DNA of 64,000 nucleotides from an uncultured Chloroflexia bacterium. Lineage in GTDB: Bacteria; Chloroflexota; Limnocylindria; Limnocylindrales; CSP1-4. Below the pieces are notes generated by a model. That model was not told the DNA's origin. It saw nothing but the letters and a program-made list of their open reading frames with translations, and ran no database searches. The DNA lies in assembly GCA_963735455.1 (NCBI GenBank), contig CAVTKZ010000002.1:326009-390008 (forward strand), given 5' to 3'. Numbering within the stretch: the stretch's first letter is position 1; each line of letters opens with the position of its first letter. Both the position numbers and the translations under genes were made by a program. Shown piece after piece: positions 20,625 through 31,040 of this stretch.

Positions 20625-21792
20625 GCCGGCCCAGCCGCTCGGCGGCGGCCTCGAGCGTCGCGTGGCGCTTGGGGAACGCGAATCGGAGCATCGTCCGGCC
20701 GAGCTCGGGGCGCGAGAAGAATGACGATCCGGGAACCGCGGCAACGCCCGGGTCGGCAATCAGCTGGCGGGCGAAGGTGACGTCGTCGAGGTCGGTGATC
20801 GCACCGATGTCGGTCATCGCGTAGTAGGCCCCGTCCGGGATCCAGACTCGGAAGCCGGCGGCCGTGAGGGCCGGCACGATCAGGTCGCGGCGGGCCTGGT
20901 AGTCGGCCGCGAGCTGGCGGTAGTAGCTCTCCGGGAAGCCCATCGCCACGACCGCGGCCTGCTGCAGGGGCGCCGCCGCCCCGACGGTCAGGAAGTCGTG
21001 GACCCGGCGGATGCCGACCGTCAGCTCGGGGCTGGCGATCGTCCAGCCGACCCGCCAGCCGGTCACCGAGTAGGTCTTGGACAGCGAGTCGATCGCGACC
21101 GTCCGCTCGGCCATGCCCGGCAGGGTGGCCAGCGGGATGTGCTCGCCGGCGTACACGATGTGCTGGTAGATGTCGTCGGTGATCGCCAGCACGTCGTGCT
21201 CGACGCACAGGCCGGCAATCAGCTCGAGCTCGGTCCGCGAATAGACCTTGCCGGTCGGGTTGTGGGGCGAGTTGACGATCACCGCCCGGGTCCGCCTGGT
21301 GAACGCTGCCCGCAGCTCATCGGGGTCGATCGACCAGTCGGGCTGATGGAGGGTCACGTAGCGGGGGACGGCCCCGGCCAGGATCGCGTCCGGCCCGTAA
21401 TTCTCGTAGAACGGCTCGAAGATCACCACCTCGTCGCCCGGGTTGAGCACGCCCAGCATCGTCGCGATCATCGCCTCGGTCGCCCCGCAGGTCACCGTGA
21501 TCTGGGTCTCGGGGTCGATCTGCCAGCCTGGGTGGAAATGCTCGACCTTGGCCGCGATCGCCGCCCGGAGCGCCTTGGCCCCCCAGGTGATCGCGTACTG
21601 GTTGACGTCGTCGTAGATCGCCCGGCTGGCCGCGTCCTTGAGCTCCGGCGGGCAGGCGAAATCGGGGAAGCCCTGGGCCAGGCTGACCGCACCGGCATCG
21701 ACGGCCAGCCGGTTCATCTCGCGGATCACCGACTCGGTGAAGCTGGCGGCGGCGTTCGAGATCTGCCCGACGGCGGGCGCGGAGCGGGACAT
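20605..21792 (-). CDS. Class I/II PLP-dependent aminotransferase
   Basis: FPDF, VNQYAITWG, NSPHNPTGKVY, the PLP-lysine region SLSKTYSVTGWRVGW, and LRFAF. The start is set at ATG 21792, which overlaps the upstream stop (TGATG). Confidence 0.9.
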   Translation of the reverse strand: MSRSAPAVGQISNAAASFTESVIREMNRLAVDAGAVSLAQGFPDFACPPELKDAASRAIYDDVNQYAITWGAKALRAAIAAKVEHFHPGWQIDPETQITVTCGATEAMIATMLGVLNPGDEVVIFEPFYENYGPDAILAGAVPRYVTLHQPDWSIDPDELRAAFTRRTRAVIVNSPHNPTGKVYSRTELELIAGLCVEHDVLAITDDIYQHIVYAGEHIPLATLPGMAERTVAIDSLSKTYSVTGWRVGWTIASPELTVGIRRVHDFLTVGAAAPLQQAAVVAMGFPESYYRQLAADYQARRDLIVPALTAAGFRVWIPDGAYYAMTDIGAITDLDDVTFARQLIADPGVAAVPGSSFFSRPELGRTMLRFAFPKRHATLEAAAERLGRLSAARR

Positions 21793-23846
21793 CAGACCAA
21801 CCTCCGGGGAATCGACTCGGCCCATTGTCGGCGATGGAAGGGCCGGCCATCGAGGCTGACGTCGAGGTCGACCGCGAGCTCGAAGTCCGTCTCGGTCGAG
21901 GTCATCAGGCCATTGGCCAGGATCGCGATCGAGTGGCCGTCCTGGTCAAGGCGGTAGACCACCTCGGTCCGCATCCGGGCATGGGCTGGATCGGCGTCGG
22001 CGACGGTCATCTCGAGGAGCTCCGCGACGAGTACAGCCGGGTTCCGTCGGGCAGCCGGCTCGTCTCGCCGCCGCCGGTCGTGACCGTCACCGTCCCGGCG
22101 ATCACGTCCTCGCTGGATCCGCCAGACCGGCTGGTCCTCGGCGTGCTCGCCACCTGCCTCCGGAAGGCCGGGCGGCGTAGTCCGGAAGGCGGGCGGGGCA
22201 AGGCTCGCCTCGCTGGGGATCGCGGGCAGGACCAGGCGCGAACCAGCCAGGTGGATGGCCAGCTCCCCCCGGAACGGTGACGGCCAGATCACCGGCCAGT
22301 AGGCGGACGCCAGCGACAGCCGGATCCGGTGGCCGGGCAGGTAGCGATAGCCGGTCGCTCGCAGGCTGATCTCGACCTCGGCCTGCTCTCCGAGCAGCAG
22401 GGGCTCCGGCCGGCTGTGCCCGTGGCGGTGGGTCAGGTTCAGGACGCCGGCGGTCACCTGGGCGACGGTGCCGTCCGGGGCCACGTCGCTCAGCCGGACG
22501 ACGAGGGTCGCGACGGGCATGGCTGTGCTGACCGCAACGGTCACGACCGGCCGTCCGAACAGGTCGAGCGGCCCATCCAGGGGCTCGCTCGTCCAGGCCG
22601 GCAGGAGCGCGTCGTCCGGGCGCAGGTCGCGGGCGAGCCCATTGGGCGGCCAGCCAGCGCCCCACGACAGGGCGGAACGGGTTCCGATCGTCGGCCGATG
22701 GACGAGCCGTTCGAGACCCCCGGCAGCCGGCCCGTCGGCGGCCAGCCGGCCGTCGGCGGCCGGCCACAGGACCCGCTCCGTCGCGCCCGGGTGGGGCAGG
22801 CCCGGCTCGCTCCGCCAGTGACCTGGCCAGGTCACCGGAAAGGCTTCGGGCGGGGCGTACTCGCGCTCGAAGAAGGTCAACGCCGGCTCGGCCATCGTTC
22901 CGTTGGCGACGCCCTTGAGCCAGTGGTCGAAGAAGCGCAGCAGCTCGTGCAGCCAGTCCAGCGTCGGGCCCGGATAGGCGTCGTCGGGCAGCGCGTGGAC
23001 CCAGTTGCCGATCAGCGCCCGGCGCGGCGCGTTGACGCAGCGGTCGAGCATCCGGATCGCGGAATCGACGTAGCCGTCCATCCAGCCCGCGATCAGCAGG
23101 GTGGGCACCGTCAGCGCCGGCCAGTCGGGGGCCAGCGAGCCCTGCCGCCAGAACGGCCCATCGTGCTGCTGGCGGAGCCACTCGAAGAGCCAGATCGGGG
23201 TCTCCTCGAGCCGCTGGCGCCATTCGGCCTCCCAGTCCGCGCCGCGATAGGCCGGCCGGGCCGGCAGGGCATTCGAGCCGACCATGCTCACCGCGTACTG
23301 GCTGAGCTCGCTGGCCGTGGCGCAGCCGCCCACGTAGTGGACGTCGTCGGTGTAGCGATCGTCGGAGGCGTAGACCGGCACGATGGCCCGCAGGTGCGGC
23401 GGCCGGAGCAGGGCCACCTGGATCGCCGAGAAGCCGCCCCAGCTGATCCCCCACATCCCGACGGCGCCGTTGCTCCACGGCTGGGCGGCCAGCCACTCGA
23501 CCGTGTCGTAGCCGTCGTTGGTCTCATCGAGCGTGTACTCGCCGCGGGCAACCCCGGGGCTGCTGCCCGTCCCCCGGATGTCGAGCCGGCAGAAGGCGTA
23601 GCCCCGGGCGGCCAGCCACTGGCCGCGGGCCTCGTCACTGGCCCACCGCCAGTCGTCCTTGCGGTAGGGGATCATCTCGAGGATCGCCGGCACGCCGGCT
23701 GGGTCGAGCGGGGCACCAGGGGAGGCCACCGGCAGCCACAGGTTGGCCGACAGCTGGAGGCCGTCGCGCACCGGGATCCGGACGTCACGCCGGACGTCCA
23801 CGGCGAACTCGGGCAGGGATGCCGGCCGGTCGTCGCTGGGCGCCAT
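21792..23846 (-). CDS. CocE/NonD-family hydrolase (X-Pro dipeptidyl-peptidase S15-like); contains a locally out-of-frame segment
   Basis: LEMIPYRKDDW, RGYAFCRLDIRGTGSSPG, TVEWLAAQPWSNGAVGMWGISWGG and GWMDGY. TAGACT lies 6 nt before the ATG. Codons at about 22028-22112 read GRDRRDGDGHDRRRRDEPAARRNPA, whereas the alternative frame reads DVIAGTVTVTTGGGETSRLPDGTRLY. Confidence 0.85.
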   Translation of the reverse strand: MAPSDDRPASLPEFAVDVRRDVRIPVRDGLQLSANLWLPVASPGAPLDPAGVPAILEMIPYRKDDWRWASDEARGQWLAARGYAFCRLDIRGTGSSPGVARGEYTLDETNDGYDTVEWLAAQPWSNGAVGMWGISWGGFSAIQVALLRPPHLRAIVPVYASDDRYTDDVHYVGGCATASELSQYAVSMVGSNALPARPAYRGADWEAEWRQRLEETPIWLFEWLRQQHDGPFWRQGSLAPDWPALTVPTLLIAGWMDGYVDSAIRMLDRCVNAPRRALIGNWVHALPDDAYPGPTLDWLHELLRFFDHWLKGVANGTMAEPALTFFEREYAPPEAFPVTWPGHWRSEPGLPHPGATERVLWPAADGRLAADGPAAGGLERLVHRPTIGTRSALSWGAGWPPNGLARDLRPDDALLPAWTSEPLDGPLDLFGRPVVTVAVSTAMPVATLVVRLSDVAPDGTVAQVTAGVLNLTHRHGHSRPEPLLLGEQAEVEISLRATGYRYLPGHRIRLSLASAYWPVIWPSPFRGELAIHLAGSRLVLPAIPSEASLAPPAFRTTPPGLPEAGGEHAEDQPVWRIQRGRDRRDGDGHDRRRRDEPAARRNPAVLVAELLEMTVADADPAHARMRTEVVYRLDQDGHSIAILANGLMTSTETDFELAVDLDVSLDGRPFHRRQWAESIPRRLV

Positions 23847-23916
23847 CGGCCGAGTCTAGCGAGCCGTGCCGGCGGGCCGCCAGCGGGACCCGGCGCCTGG
23901 GACGTACGATTCGAGG

Positions 23917-24471
23917 ATGACCGACGCCGATCCCACCGAGTCGCCCTGGCGTCGCCGCTCTCGAAGCCTGGTCTACGAGAACGCCTGGCTCAGCGTCCTC
24001 CACGACGAGGTCGACCGGCCCGACGGCCAGCCCGGGATCTACGGCGTGATCCACTTCCAGAATCATGCGGTGGCGATCGTCGCGATCGACGCCGAGGACC
24101 GGGTGGTGCTGGTGGGCCAGTGGCGCTACACGCTCGACGGCTACTCATGGGAGCTGCCCGAAGGCGGCGTGCCGAGCGATGAGGCACCCCTGGCGGGGGC
24201 CCAGCGCGAGCTGCGCGAGGAGACCGGGCTCCAGGCGGCGACCTGGCGGGAAGTCGCCCGGATCGCGGTGTCGAACTCGGTCACCGACGAGCTCGGCACG
24301 ATCTTCCTGGCGACCGACCTGGTCCAGGGCGAGGCCGCCCCAGACGGCACCGAGCAGCTCCGCCGGCGCTGGGTCGCCTTCGATGAGGCGCTGGCGATGA
24401 TCGACGACGGCCGGATCACCGACCTGATGTCGATCGCTGGCCTCGAGCGCGTCGGGCGGCTGCGCCGATGA
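23917..24471 (+). CDS. NUDIX hydrolase (ADP-ribose pyrophosphatase-like)
   Basis: The Nudix box is ELPEGGVPSDEAPLAGAQRELREETG. TACGAT at 23905-10, 6 nt before ATG 23917, supports this start rather than 23866. Confidence 0.85.
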   Translation: MTDADPTESPWRRRSRSLVYENAWLSVLHDEVDRPDGQPGIYGVIHFQNHAVAIVAIDAEDRVVLVGQWRYTLDGYSWELPEGGVPSDEAPLAGAQRELREETGLQAATWREVARIAVSNSVTDELGTIFLATDLVQGEAAPDGTEQLRRRWVAFDEALAMIDDGRITDLMSIAGLERVGRLRR

Positions 24472-24504
24472 CCGCCACCCTCCACGTCGTGCGCGCCCGG
24501 CCGT

Positions 24505-25694
24505 ATGGCTGAGCCGCCGCGGCGCGAGTTCGCGGTGGCGGTGATCGGCCTGGGCGGGATCGGCAGCGGCGCGGCCTACTGGCTGAGTCGGAGGCTGGGC
24601 CCCGCCGTCCTCGGCCTCGAACAGTTCGAGCTGGGCCACTCGCGGGGCGCCAGCCAGGACCATTCCCGGATCATCCGGCTGTCATATCACCGGCCGGATT
24701 ACGTCCGCCTCGCGAAACGAGCCTACGAGACGTGGGCCCTGCTCCAGGCCGAGTCCGGCGTCCAGGTCGTGACGACGACGGGCGGCCTCGACCTGTGGCC
24801 GGCCGGCGCGCGGATCCCGATGGCCGACTACACCGCCAGCCTGGCCGCTGAGGGCGTCCCGTTCGAGATTCTCGACGCCGCCGAGACGATCCGCCGCTGG
24901 CCCCAGTGGCGGCTGGCCGAGGACACGGTCGGCCTGTTCCAGGCGGCCGGCGGCCTGGCCGACCCGAACCGGGCCAATGCGGCCCACCAGCGTCTGGCCC
25001 GGGCCCATGGCGCGACGCTCCTCGAACGGACGCCGGTCACCGGGCTGCGCGAACGGGCGGGCGAGATCGAGATCGAGACCCCGGACCAGGGCACGTTCAC
25101 GGCCGGCGCCGTGGTCCTGGCGGCCGATGCCTGGACCAACGAGCTGCTGGCTTCGTTCGGCCGGCGAGCTGCCCCTGACGATCACGCGCGAGCAGGTGAC
25201 CTACTTCGGCTGCCCGCACCCCGCGGACTTCGCGCCGGACCGCTTCCCGGTCTGGATCTGGATGGACGAGCCCTGCTTCTACGGCTTTCCGACCTATGGC
25301 GAGGCCGGTCCCAAGGCGGCCGAGGACGTGGGCGGCCAACCGACGACGGCCCGCGCGCGCAGCTTCGAGCCGGACCGGGTTGCCGGCGCCCGCCTCGATG
25401 CGTTCATGGCTGCCCATCTGCCGGGCAGTGTCGGGCCCGAGATCCTGACCAAGACCTGCCTCTACACGCTGACCCCGGATCGCGACTTCGTGATCGACCG
25501 GCTGCCCGACCATCCGGCCGGTGCTGGTGGCCCTCGGCGCGGCCCATGCCTTCAAGTTCAGCTCGGTCATCGGCCGGATCCTGGCCGAGCTCGTCGTCGA
25601 CGGCGCGACACCCTCGGCGGCCGAGCTCGACCGGTTCCGGATCGACCGCCCGCTGCTGCTCGCCGACGATCCGCCGACGAGCTTCATGGTCTAG
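24505..25694 (+). pseudogene. Monomeric sarcosine oxidase / N-methyltryptophan oxidase-like FAD oxidoreductase, two frame breaks
   Basis: FAVAVIGLGGIGSGAAYWLS...GASQDHSRIIRLSYH (24505 frame); ELPLTITREQVTYFGCPHP...KTCLYTLTPDRDFVIDRLPDHP (24977 frame); VLVALGAAHAFKFSSVIGRILAELVVDG...SFMV stop at 25694 (third frame). Shifts lie near 25160 and 25520. Confidence 0.8.
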
Positions 25695-25831
25695 CCCGTC
25701 CCGTCCGATGGAACAGGGGTGCGCCACGTGGTCGGGCCTTGCGCACCGTCAGTGCCGTTGTGCAACCCTGCCCGAACGACGCGGCCGGAGCCGGCGGAGC
25801 AGACAGGGCCGCGCCGAGGAGGACTCACCCG

Positions 25832-27742
25832 ATGCGATCGCCCCTGCGCGACCGGTTGCGCGCACCCTCGCCGCGCTCGGCCTGGCCCTGGCCTCCCTGC
25901 TGCCGGCGGCGTCCGTCCGGGCGACGGACATCCTGACCCTCCGGGTGGGCACGGTCGAGAGCCTCGATTCGCTCAACCCGTTCGAGACCGCGCTCAACGT
26001 CGGCTACGAGGTCTTCACCCTCAACTACGACCTGCTGGTCAACTTCGGCCCGAACAACGAGCCCGGTTCCCGGCTTCGCCGACAAGTGGACCCAGTCGGC
26101 CGACCAGCTGAGCTGGACCTTCCACATCCGCGACGGGATGAAGTGGTCGGATGGCGTCGCCGGCGACCAGCGCCGACGTCGTCTACACCTACAACCTGGA
26201 GCTGGAGGGGACCAAGGACGACGGCGTCGTCGGCCTCGGCTACCTCGACCCGTACCTCAAGGATTCGTTCGTCACCAGCGTCACCGCGCCCGGATCCGTC
26301 GACGGTCGTGATCACCTCTTCGCGACCGACCACGCAAGCTGACCCACTCGTACATCCCGATCGTGCCCCAGCACATCTGGAAGAACGTGACGCCGGCCAA
26401 CGTCGCCGACTTCGAGAACAACGTGCCGGTCGTGGGCACCGGCCCCTACCAGGCGGTCGAGTTCGACCAGCCAGTACGTGCGCTGGTCCGCAACCCGTAC
26501 TACTGGGGCAAGCAGGGCGCCGAGGACGAGGTCGTCATCCAGTACTACCCGAGCGCGCCGGACACGATGGTCGCGGCCTTCAAGAACAACGAGCTCGACT
26601 ACATCCACAGCCCCAGCGCCGGAGTCGTTCAACCAGCTCAAGACGCTGCCCAACACGGTCGCCCTGGCCAGCGAGGGCAATGGCTTCACCCAGCTCAACT
26701 ACAACACGTACACGAAGGGCGGCGGGGCGTCGACCACGGCCATCCAGGATCCGGCCTTCCGGCAGGCCCTCGGCTACGCGATCGACAAGCCGACCCTGAT
26801 CCAGAAGGTCCTCCTGGGCTACGGCTCGCCCGGGCACCACCCAGGTCCCGCCCTGGGAGAAGGCCTGGCACACCGACCCCACCGACATCCGGACCTTCGA
26901 CATCGACAAGGCCAACCAGATGCTCGACGCCGCCGGCTACCCCCGGGGCAGCGACGGGACGCGGGTCGACAAGCAGGGCAAGCCGATCAACCTCCGGCTG
27001 TACGCGCCCAACACGACCCCGGACTACGCCAAGGACGCCCAGTTCATCCAGGGCTGGTTCGGCCAGGTCGGGATCAAGGTCAGCGCCCAGGTCCTCGACG
27101 AGGGCACCCTGGTCGACGACGAGGCCCTCGACACGACCAAGCCGGCCAAGGGCCAGCTCGACTACGACATGGTGATCTGGGGCTGGGTCGGCGACCCGGA
27201 TCCCAACGCCCTGCTCCAGATCCTGCTGACCTCGTCGATCGGCAGCACCAGCGACAGCCAGTGGTCGAACGCCCAGTACGACCAGCTCTACGACCAGCAG
27301 AACCAGGCGGCGACCGACGCCGAGCGCAAGACGTTCATGGACCAGATGCAGCAGATCTTCTACGACGAGGCGCCCTACGACATCCTGTACTACGACAACA
27401 ACCTGGACGCCTACCACACCGACAAGTTCGCCGGCTGGCAGAACCAGCCGGTCGGTCGGCGGCGCGCCGTTCTTCCAGGACGGCTCGATCAACTACACCC
27501 TGCTGACCGACGCGACGAAGGCGACCCCGGCGCCGGCATCCACGGCCAACGCGGCACCGAGCGCCGCCGGCTCCAGTGGGCCGGCGCCGAGCGTCGCCCC
27601 GGCCCCGGCGCCGACCGACTCCGGCAGCAGCGGCAGCGCCCTGCCCCTGATCGTGGGCATCATCGCGATCGCGGCCCTGCTCGTTGGATTCATCGGGCTG
27701 ACCCGCCGACGGAGAGCCGCCGCAGCCGAGGACGACGAGTGA
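25832..27742 (+). pseudogene. Peptide/nickel-type (family 5) ABC substrate-binding protein with a C-terminal TM anchor, about 8 frame breaks
   Basis: I reassembled it from all three frames: MRSPLRDRLR/RTLAALGLALASLLPAASVRATDILTLRVGTVESLDSLNPF.../VPGFADKWTQSADQLSWTFHIRDGMKWSDGV/PATSADVVYTYN.../LTHSYIPIVPQHIW.../ESFNQLKTLPN.../TTQVPPWEKAWHTDP...DAAGYPRGSDG.../FFQDGSINYTLL...ALPLIVGIIAIAALLVGFIGLTRRRRAAAAEDDE. Shifts lie near 25855, 26066, 26157, 26290, 26338, 26628, 26835 and 27455. Confidence 0.8.
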
Positions 27743-27795
27743 CCAAGGGCTCGCAAGAGCCTCCCGCCCGGGTCGCCGGACCGGCCTGACCCCAG

Positions 27796-28773
27796 ATGGG
27801 CAGCCGCTACCTCATCCGGAAGGTCGTGGGTGCCTGCCTCACGATCTTCATGATCGTGATCCTGAACTTCGTGCTCTTCCGGATGATGCCCGGCTCGCCC
27901 GACCGGATCCTGCTCCGCAACCCGAACGTCACGGCCGACGCGATGGCCGCGGCACGCATCCGCTGGGGCCTCGACAAGCCGCTGCTGCCCGACCAGCTCG
28001 TCGACTACCTCGAGGCGACCGCTGCCGGCGACCTCGGCTTCTCGTTCAAGTTCCACGGCGAGCCGGTCACCGACGTCCTCGCCGGGCGGCTGTGGCCGAC
28101 CGTGATCCTGTTCGGGGTGGGCGAGGTCCTGGCGATCATCCTGGGCCTGGCCCTGGGCGCCTACTCGGGCTGGAGACGCGGCGGCCCGATCGACTACATC
28201 GGCAACGGCCTCAGCCTGGTCCTGTACTCGATGCCCTACTTCGTGATCGGGATCCTGATCCTGGGCGTCTTCGCGGTCGGCCTGCACTGGTTCCCGACGA
28301 GCGGGATGCTCACGATCGGCGGCGGCGACGGCACGCTTCCCCAGCCAGCTCCTGGACTTCTTCGGCCACCTGGCCCTGCCGGTCACGACGGTGGCGATCG
28401 GCCTGATCGGCCAGTACTCGATCCTGATGCGCTCGTCGGTGATCGAGACGCTCGGCGAGGACTACGTCACGACCGCCCGTGGCAAGGGCCTGACCTCGGG
28501 CCGGATCCTGCGCTCGCACGCCCTGCCCAACGCGCTCCTGCCGGCGGTCACCCTGATCGCGATCAACCTGGGCTACGTGATCGGCGGCGCGATCACCGTC
28601 GAGGTGGTCTTCAACTGGCCGGGCCTGGGGACCCTGACCGTCGACCGCCCTCGAGGCGCGTGACTACCCGGTCCTGCAGGGGATCTTCCTGCTCCTGAGC
28701 ATCTCGGTCGTCGCTGGCCAACCTGGTCGCCGACCTGATCTACGGCCGGCTCGACCCGCGGGTGCGCTCGTGA
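27796..28773 (+). pseudogene. ABC peptide transporter permease (DppB/OppB-like), about 3 frame breaks
   Basis: MGSRYLIRKVVGACLTIFMIVILNFVLFRMMPGSP...; then FPSQLLDFFGHLALPVTTVAIGLIGQYSILMRSSVIETLGEDYVTTARGKGL...; then ALEARDYPVLQGIFLLLSISVV; then ANLVADLIYGRLDPRVRS. Shifts lie near 28335, 28645 and 28712. The stop overlaps the next GTG (GTGA). Confidence 0.8.
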
Positions 28774-29724
28774 CCGCCCCGGCGCATCCCCGAGCAGACC
28801 GTCCGCAACGAGCGGCTGCGCCTCCGGCTGCAGGCGATCCGCTCGTTCGCCCGGCGCTTCGCCAGCCGGCCGGACGGGGTGATCGGGGTGATCGTCCTGC
28901 TCGTGTTCACGGTCCTGGCGCATCGCCCCGAACCTGTTCGTCGGCGACCTCCAGACGGCGACGACCGCGACCGGGCCGTCGCTCTCGCGCACCGAGCGCG
29001 GCGAACCTGCTGGGCACCGACGAGCTCGGCCGCGACATCCTCAACCTGACGATCCACGGCACCCGGATCTCGATGGTCATCGGCCTCCTGGCGACGATCG
29101 TGACGATCTTCCTGGGCGCCCTGGTCGGGATCGTGTCGGGCTACGTCGGCGGCCGGGTCGACACCGTCCTGATGCGGATCACCGACTTCTTCCTGGTCCT
29201 GCCGACGTTCGTCCTGGCCCTGATCCTGGCCCCGATCATCCTCGACCTCGTCGGCGCGAACTCGGAGTTCTTCGGGATCCGGGTGACGCTGCTGGTGATC
29301 GTCGTCGTGATCGGCGTGACGAGCTGGGCCTCGACGGCCCGGATCATCCGCTCGCAGGCGCTGTCGGTGAAGGAGCTGGCCTTCGTCGGGCGGGCGCGGG
29401 TGATCGGCTCGGGTCCCGGGCCACATCATGTGGCGGCACATCCTGCCCAACGTGATGAACCTGATCGTGGCCAACACGGTCCTCGTCTTCGGGGGCTCGA
29501 TCCTGACCGAGACGACGCTGTCGTTCATCGGCCTCGGCGACCCGTTCGCGCCGTCGTGGGGCCAGGTCCTGAACGCCGCCGAGTCGGCCGGGGCGATGGG
29601 CCTCGGAGCCTGGTGGTACGTCGTCCCGCCGTCGGTCTGCATCGTCCTCGTCGTGCTGGCCTTCACCCTCGTCGGCTCGGCCCTCGACGACGTCCTCAAC
29701 CCGCGCCTGAGGGTCCGCCGATGA
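28770..29724 (+). pseudogene. ABC peptide transporter permease (DppC/OppC-like), about 4 frame breaks
   Basis: IPEQTVRNERLRLRLQAIRSFARRFASRPDGVIGVIVLLVFTVLA / IAPNLFVGDLQTATTATGPSLS / ANLLGTDELGRDILNLTIHGTRISMVIG...TSWASTARIIRSQALSVKELAFV / MWRHILPNVMNLIVANTVLVFGGSILTETTLSFIGLGDP... Shifts lie near 28785, 28918, 28985 and 29420. Confidence 0.8.
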
Positions 29725-31040
29725 CCGAGCCCGGCCGCCCCGTCGGCAGCCCACCGATCGACCCCGAGGCGGCCGAGGCGGCCGCCGTGGCGGCCCGGGC
29801 CGCCGCCCTCGACGCCCAGGCCCTGATCCGCGGCCGGCGCCAGTGGCCGCTGCCCAAGCAGGCCGATCCGAACGCGCCGCTGCTGGTCGTGGAGCACCTG
29901 ACGACCCGGTTCAAGATGGCCGGCGGCTCGATCAAGGCCGTCGACGACGTGAGCTTCACGCTCAACGACGGCGAGGCACTGGGGATCGCCGGCGAGTCCG
30001 GCTGCGGCAAGACGACGACCGCCCTGTCGCTGGTCCGACTCCTGCCGGCCAACGGCCGGATCGGCAAGGACAGCAGCGTCAAGCTCTTCGGGATCGACCT
30101 GGCCCGGAAGTCCGAGGACGCCCTCCGGCGCTATCGCTGGCGGGAGATCTCGATCATCTTCCAGGGCGCGATGAACGCCCTCAACCCGGTTCGCCGGGTG
30201 AACGAGCAGATCGCCGAGCCGGTCGAGCTGCGCCTGAAGGTCAACAAGGCCGACGCCATGAAGCGGGCCGGCGAGCTGCTCGAGCTGGTGGGCATCCCGG
30301 CCCGCCGCGGCCAGGCCTATCCCCATGAGCTGTCGGGCGGCATGCGCCAGCGGGCGATGATCGCGATGGCCCTCGCCTGCGACCCGGCGGTGGTGATCGG
30401 CGACGAGCCGACCACGGCCCTCGACGTGATGGTCCAGGCCCAGATCCTGGAGCTCCTCGAGCGTCTCCGGCGCGAGCTCGGGCTGTCCCTGATCCTGATC
30501 ACCCACGACCTGTCGGTGATCGCCGAGACCTGCGATCGGGTGATGATCATGTACGCCGGCAAGGTGGCCGAAGAGGGCGCGGTCAACGTCATCTTCCGGA
30601 CCCCGCGCCACCCCTACACCCAGAAGCTGATCGGCGCGTTCCCGAACATCCACGCCGATCGCCGGACGCTCGACGTCATCCCCGGCTCGCCGCCCGACCT
30701 GCGCGAGCCACCGCCCGGCTGCCGCTTCCACCCGCGCTGTCCGTTCGCGATGGCCGTCTGCTCGGTCGAGGTGCCGCCCGAGGTCACCTTCGCCGATGGC
30801 GTCCGGGTGGCCTGCCACCTCTATCCGCCGGGCAGCGCCGGGGTGCCGGTCACCCGGCCGACGAAGGACGCCCTGGTCCAGCCGGCCGCGGATGGCGGTC
30901 CCGGGCTGGGCGCGGGCGTCTTCGGCGACCGGGACGAGGCGATCGACGAGCTGGAGGCGGCGGTTGACCCGGCGCCGGCCCATCTCCTGACCCCGGGCCA
31001 CGGCCTGGGCGACGACCAGGCGCTGGACGACCATCAATGA
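29721..31040 (+). CDS. ABC peptide transporter ATP-binding protein (DppD/OppD-like), intact
   Basis: The ATG overlaps the permease stop (ATGA). Walker [10 protein letters not shown], signature LSGGMRQR, Walker [13 protein letters not shown], and an oligopeptide C-terminal motif [10 protein letters not shown]. It carries an unusually long C-terminal tail. Confidence 0.9.
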   Translation: MTEPGRPVGSPPIDPEAAEAAAVAARAAALDAQALIRGRRQWPLPKQADPNAPLLVVEHLTTRFKMAGGSIKAVDDVSFTLNDGEALGIAGESGCGKTTTALSLVRLLPANGRIGKDSSVKLFGIDLARKSEDALRRYRWREISIIFQGAMNALNPVRRVNEQIAEPVELRLKVNKADAMKRAGELLELVGIPARRGQAYPHELSGGMRQRAMIAMALACDPAVVIGDEPTTALDVMVQAQILELLERLRRELGLSLILITHDLSVIAETCDRVMIMYAGKVAEEGAVNVIFRTPRHPYTQKLIGAFPNIHADRRTLDVIPGSPPDLREPPPGCRFHPRCPFAMAVCSVEVPPEVTFADGVRVACHLYPPGSAGVPVTRPTKDALVQPAADGGPGLGAGVFGDRDEAIDELEAAVDPAPAHLLTPGHGLGDDQALDDHQ

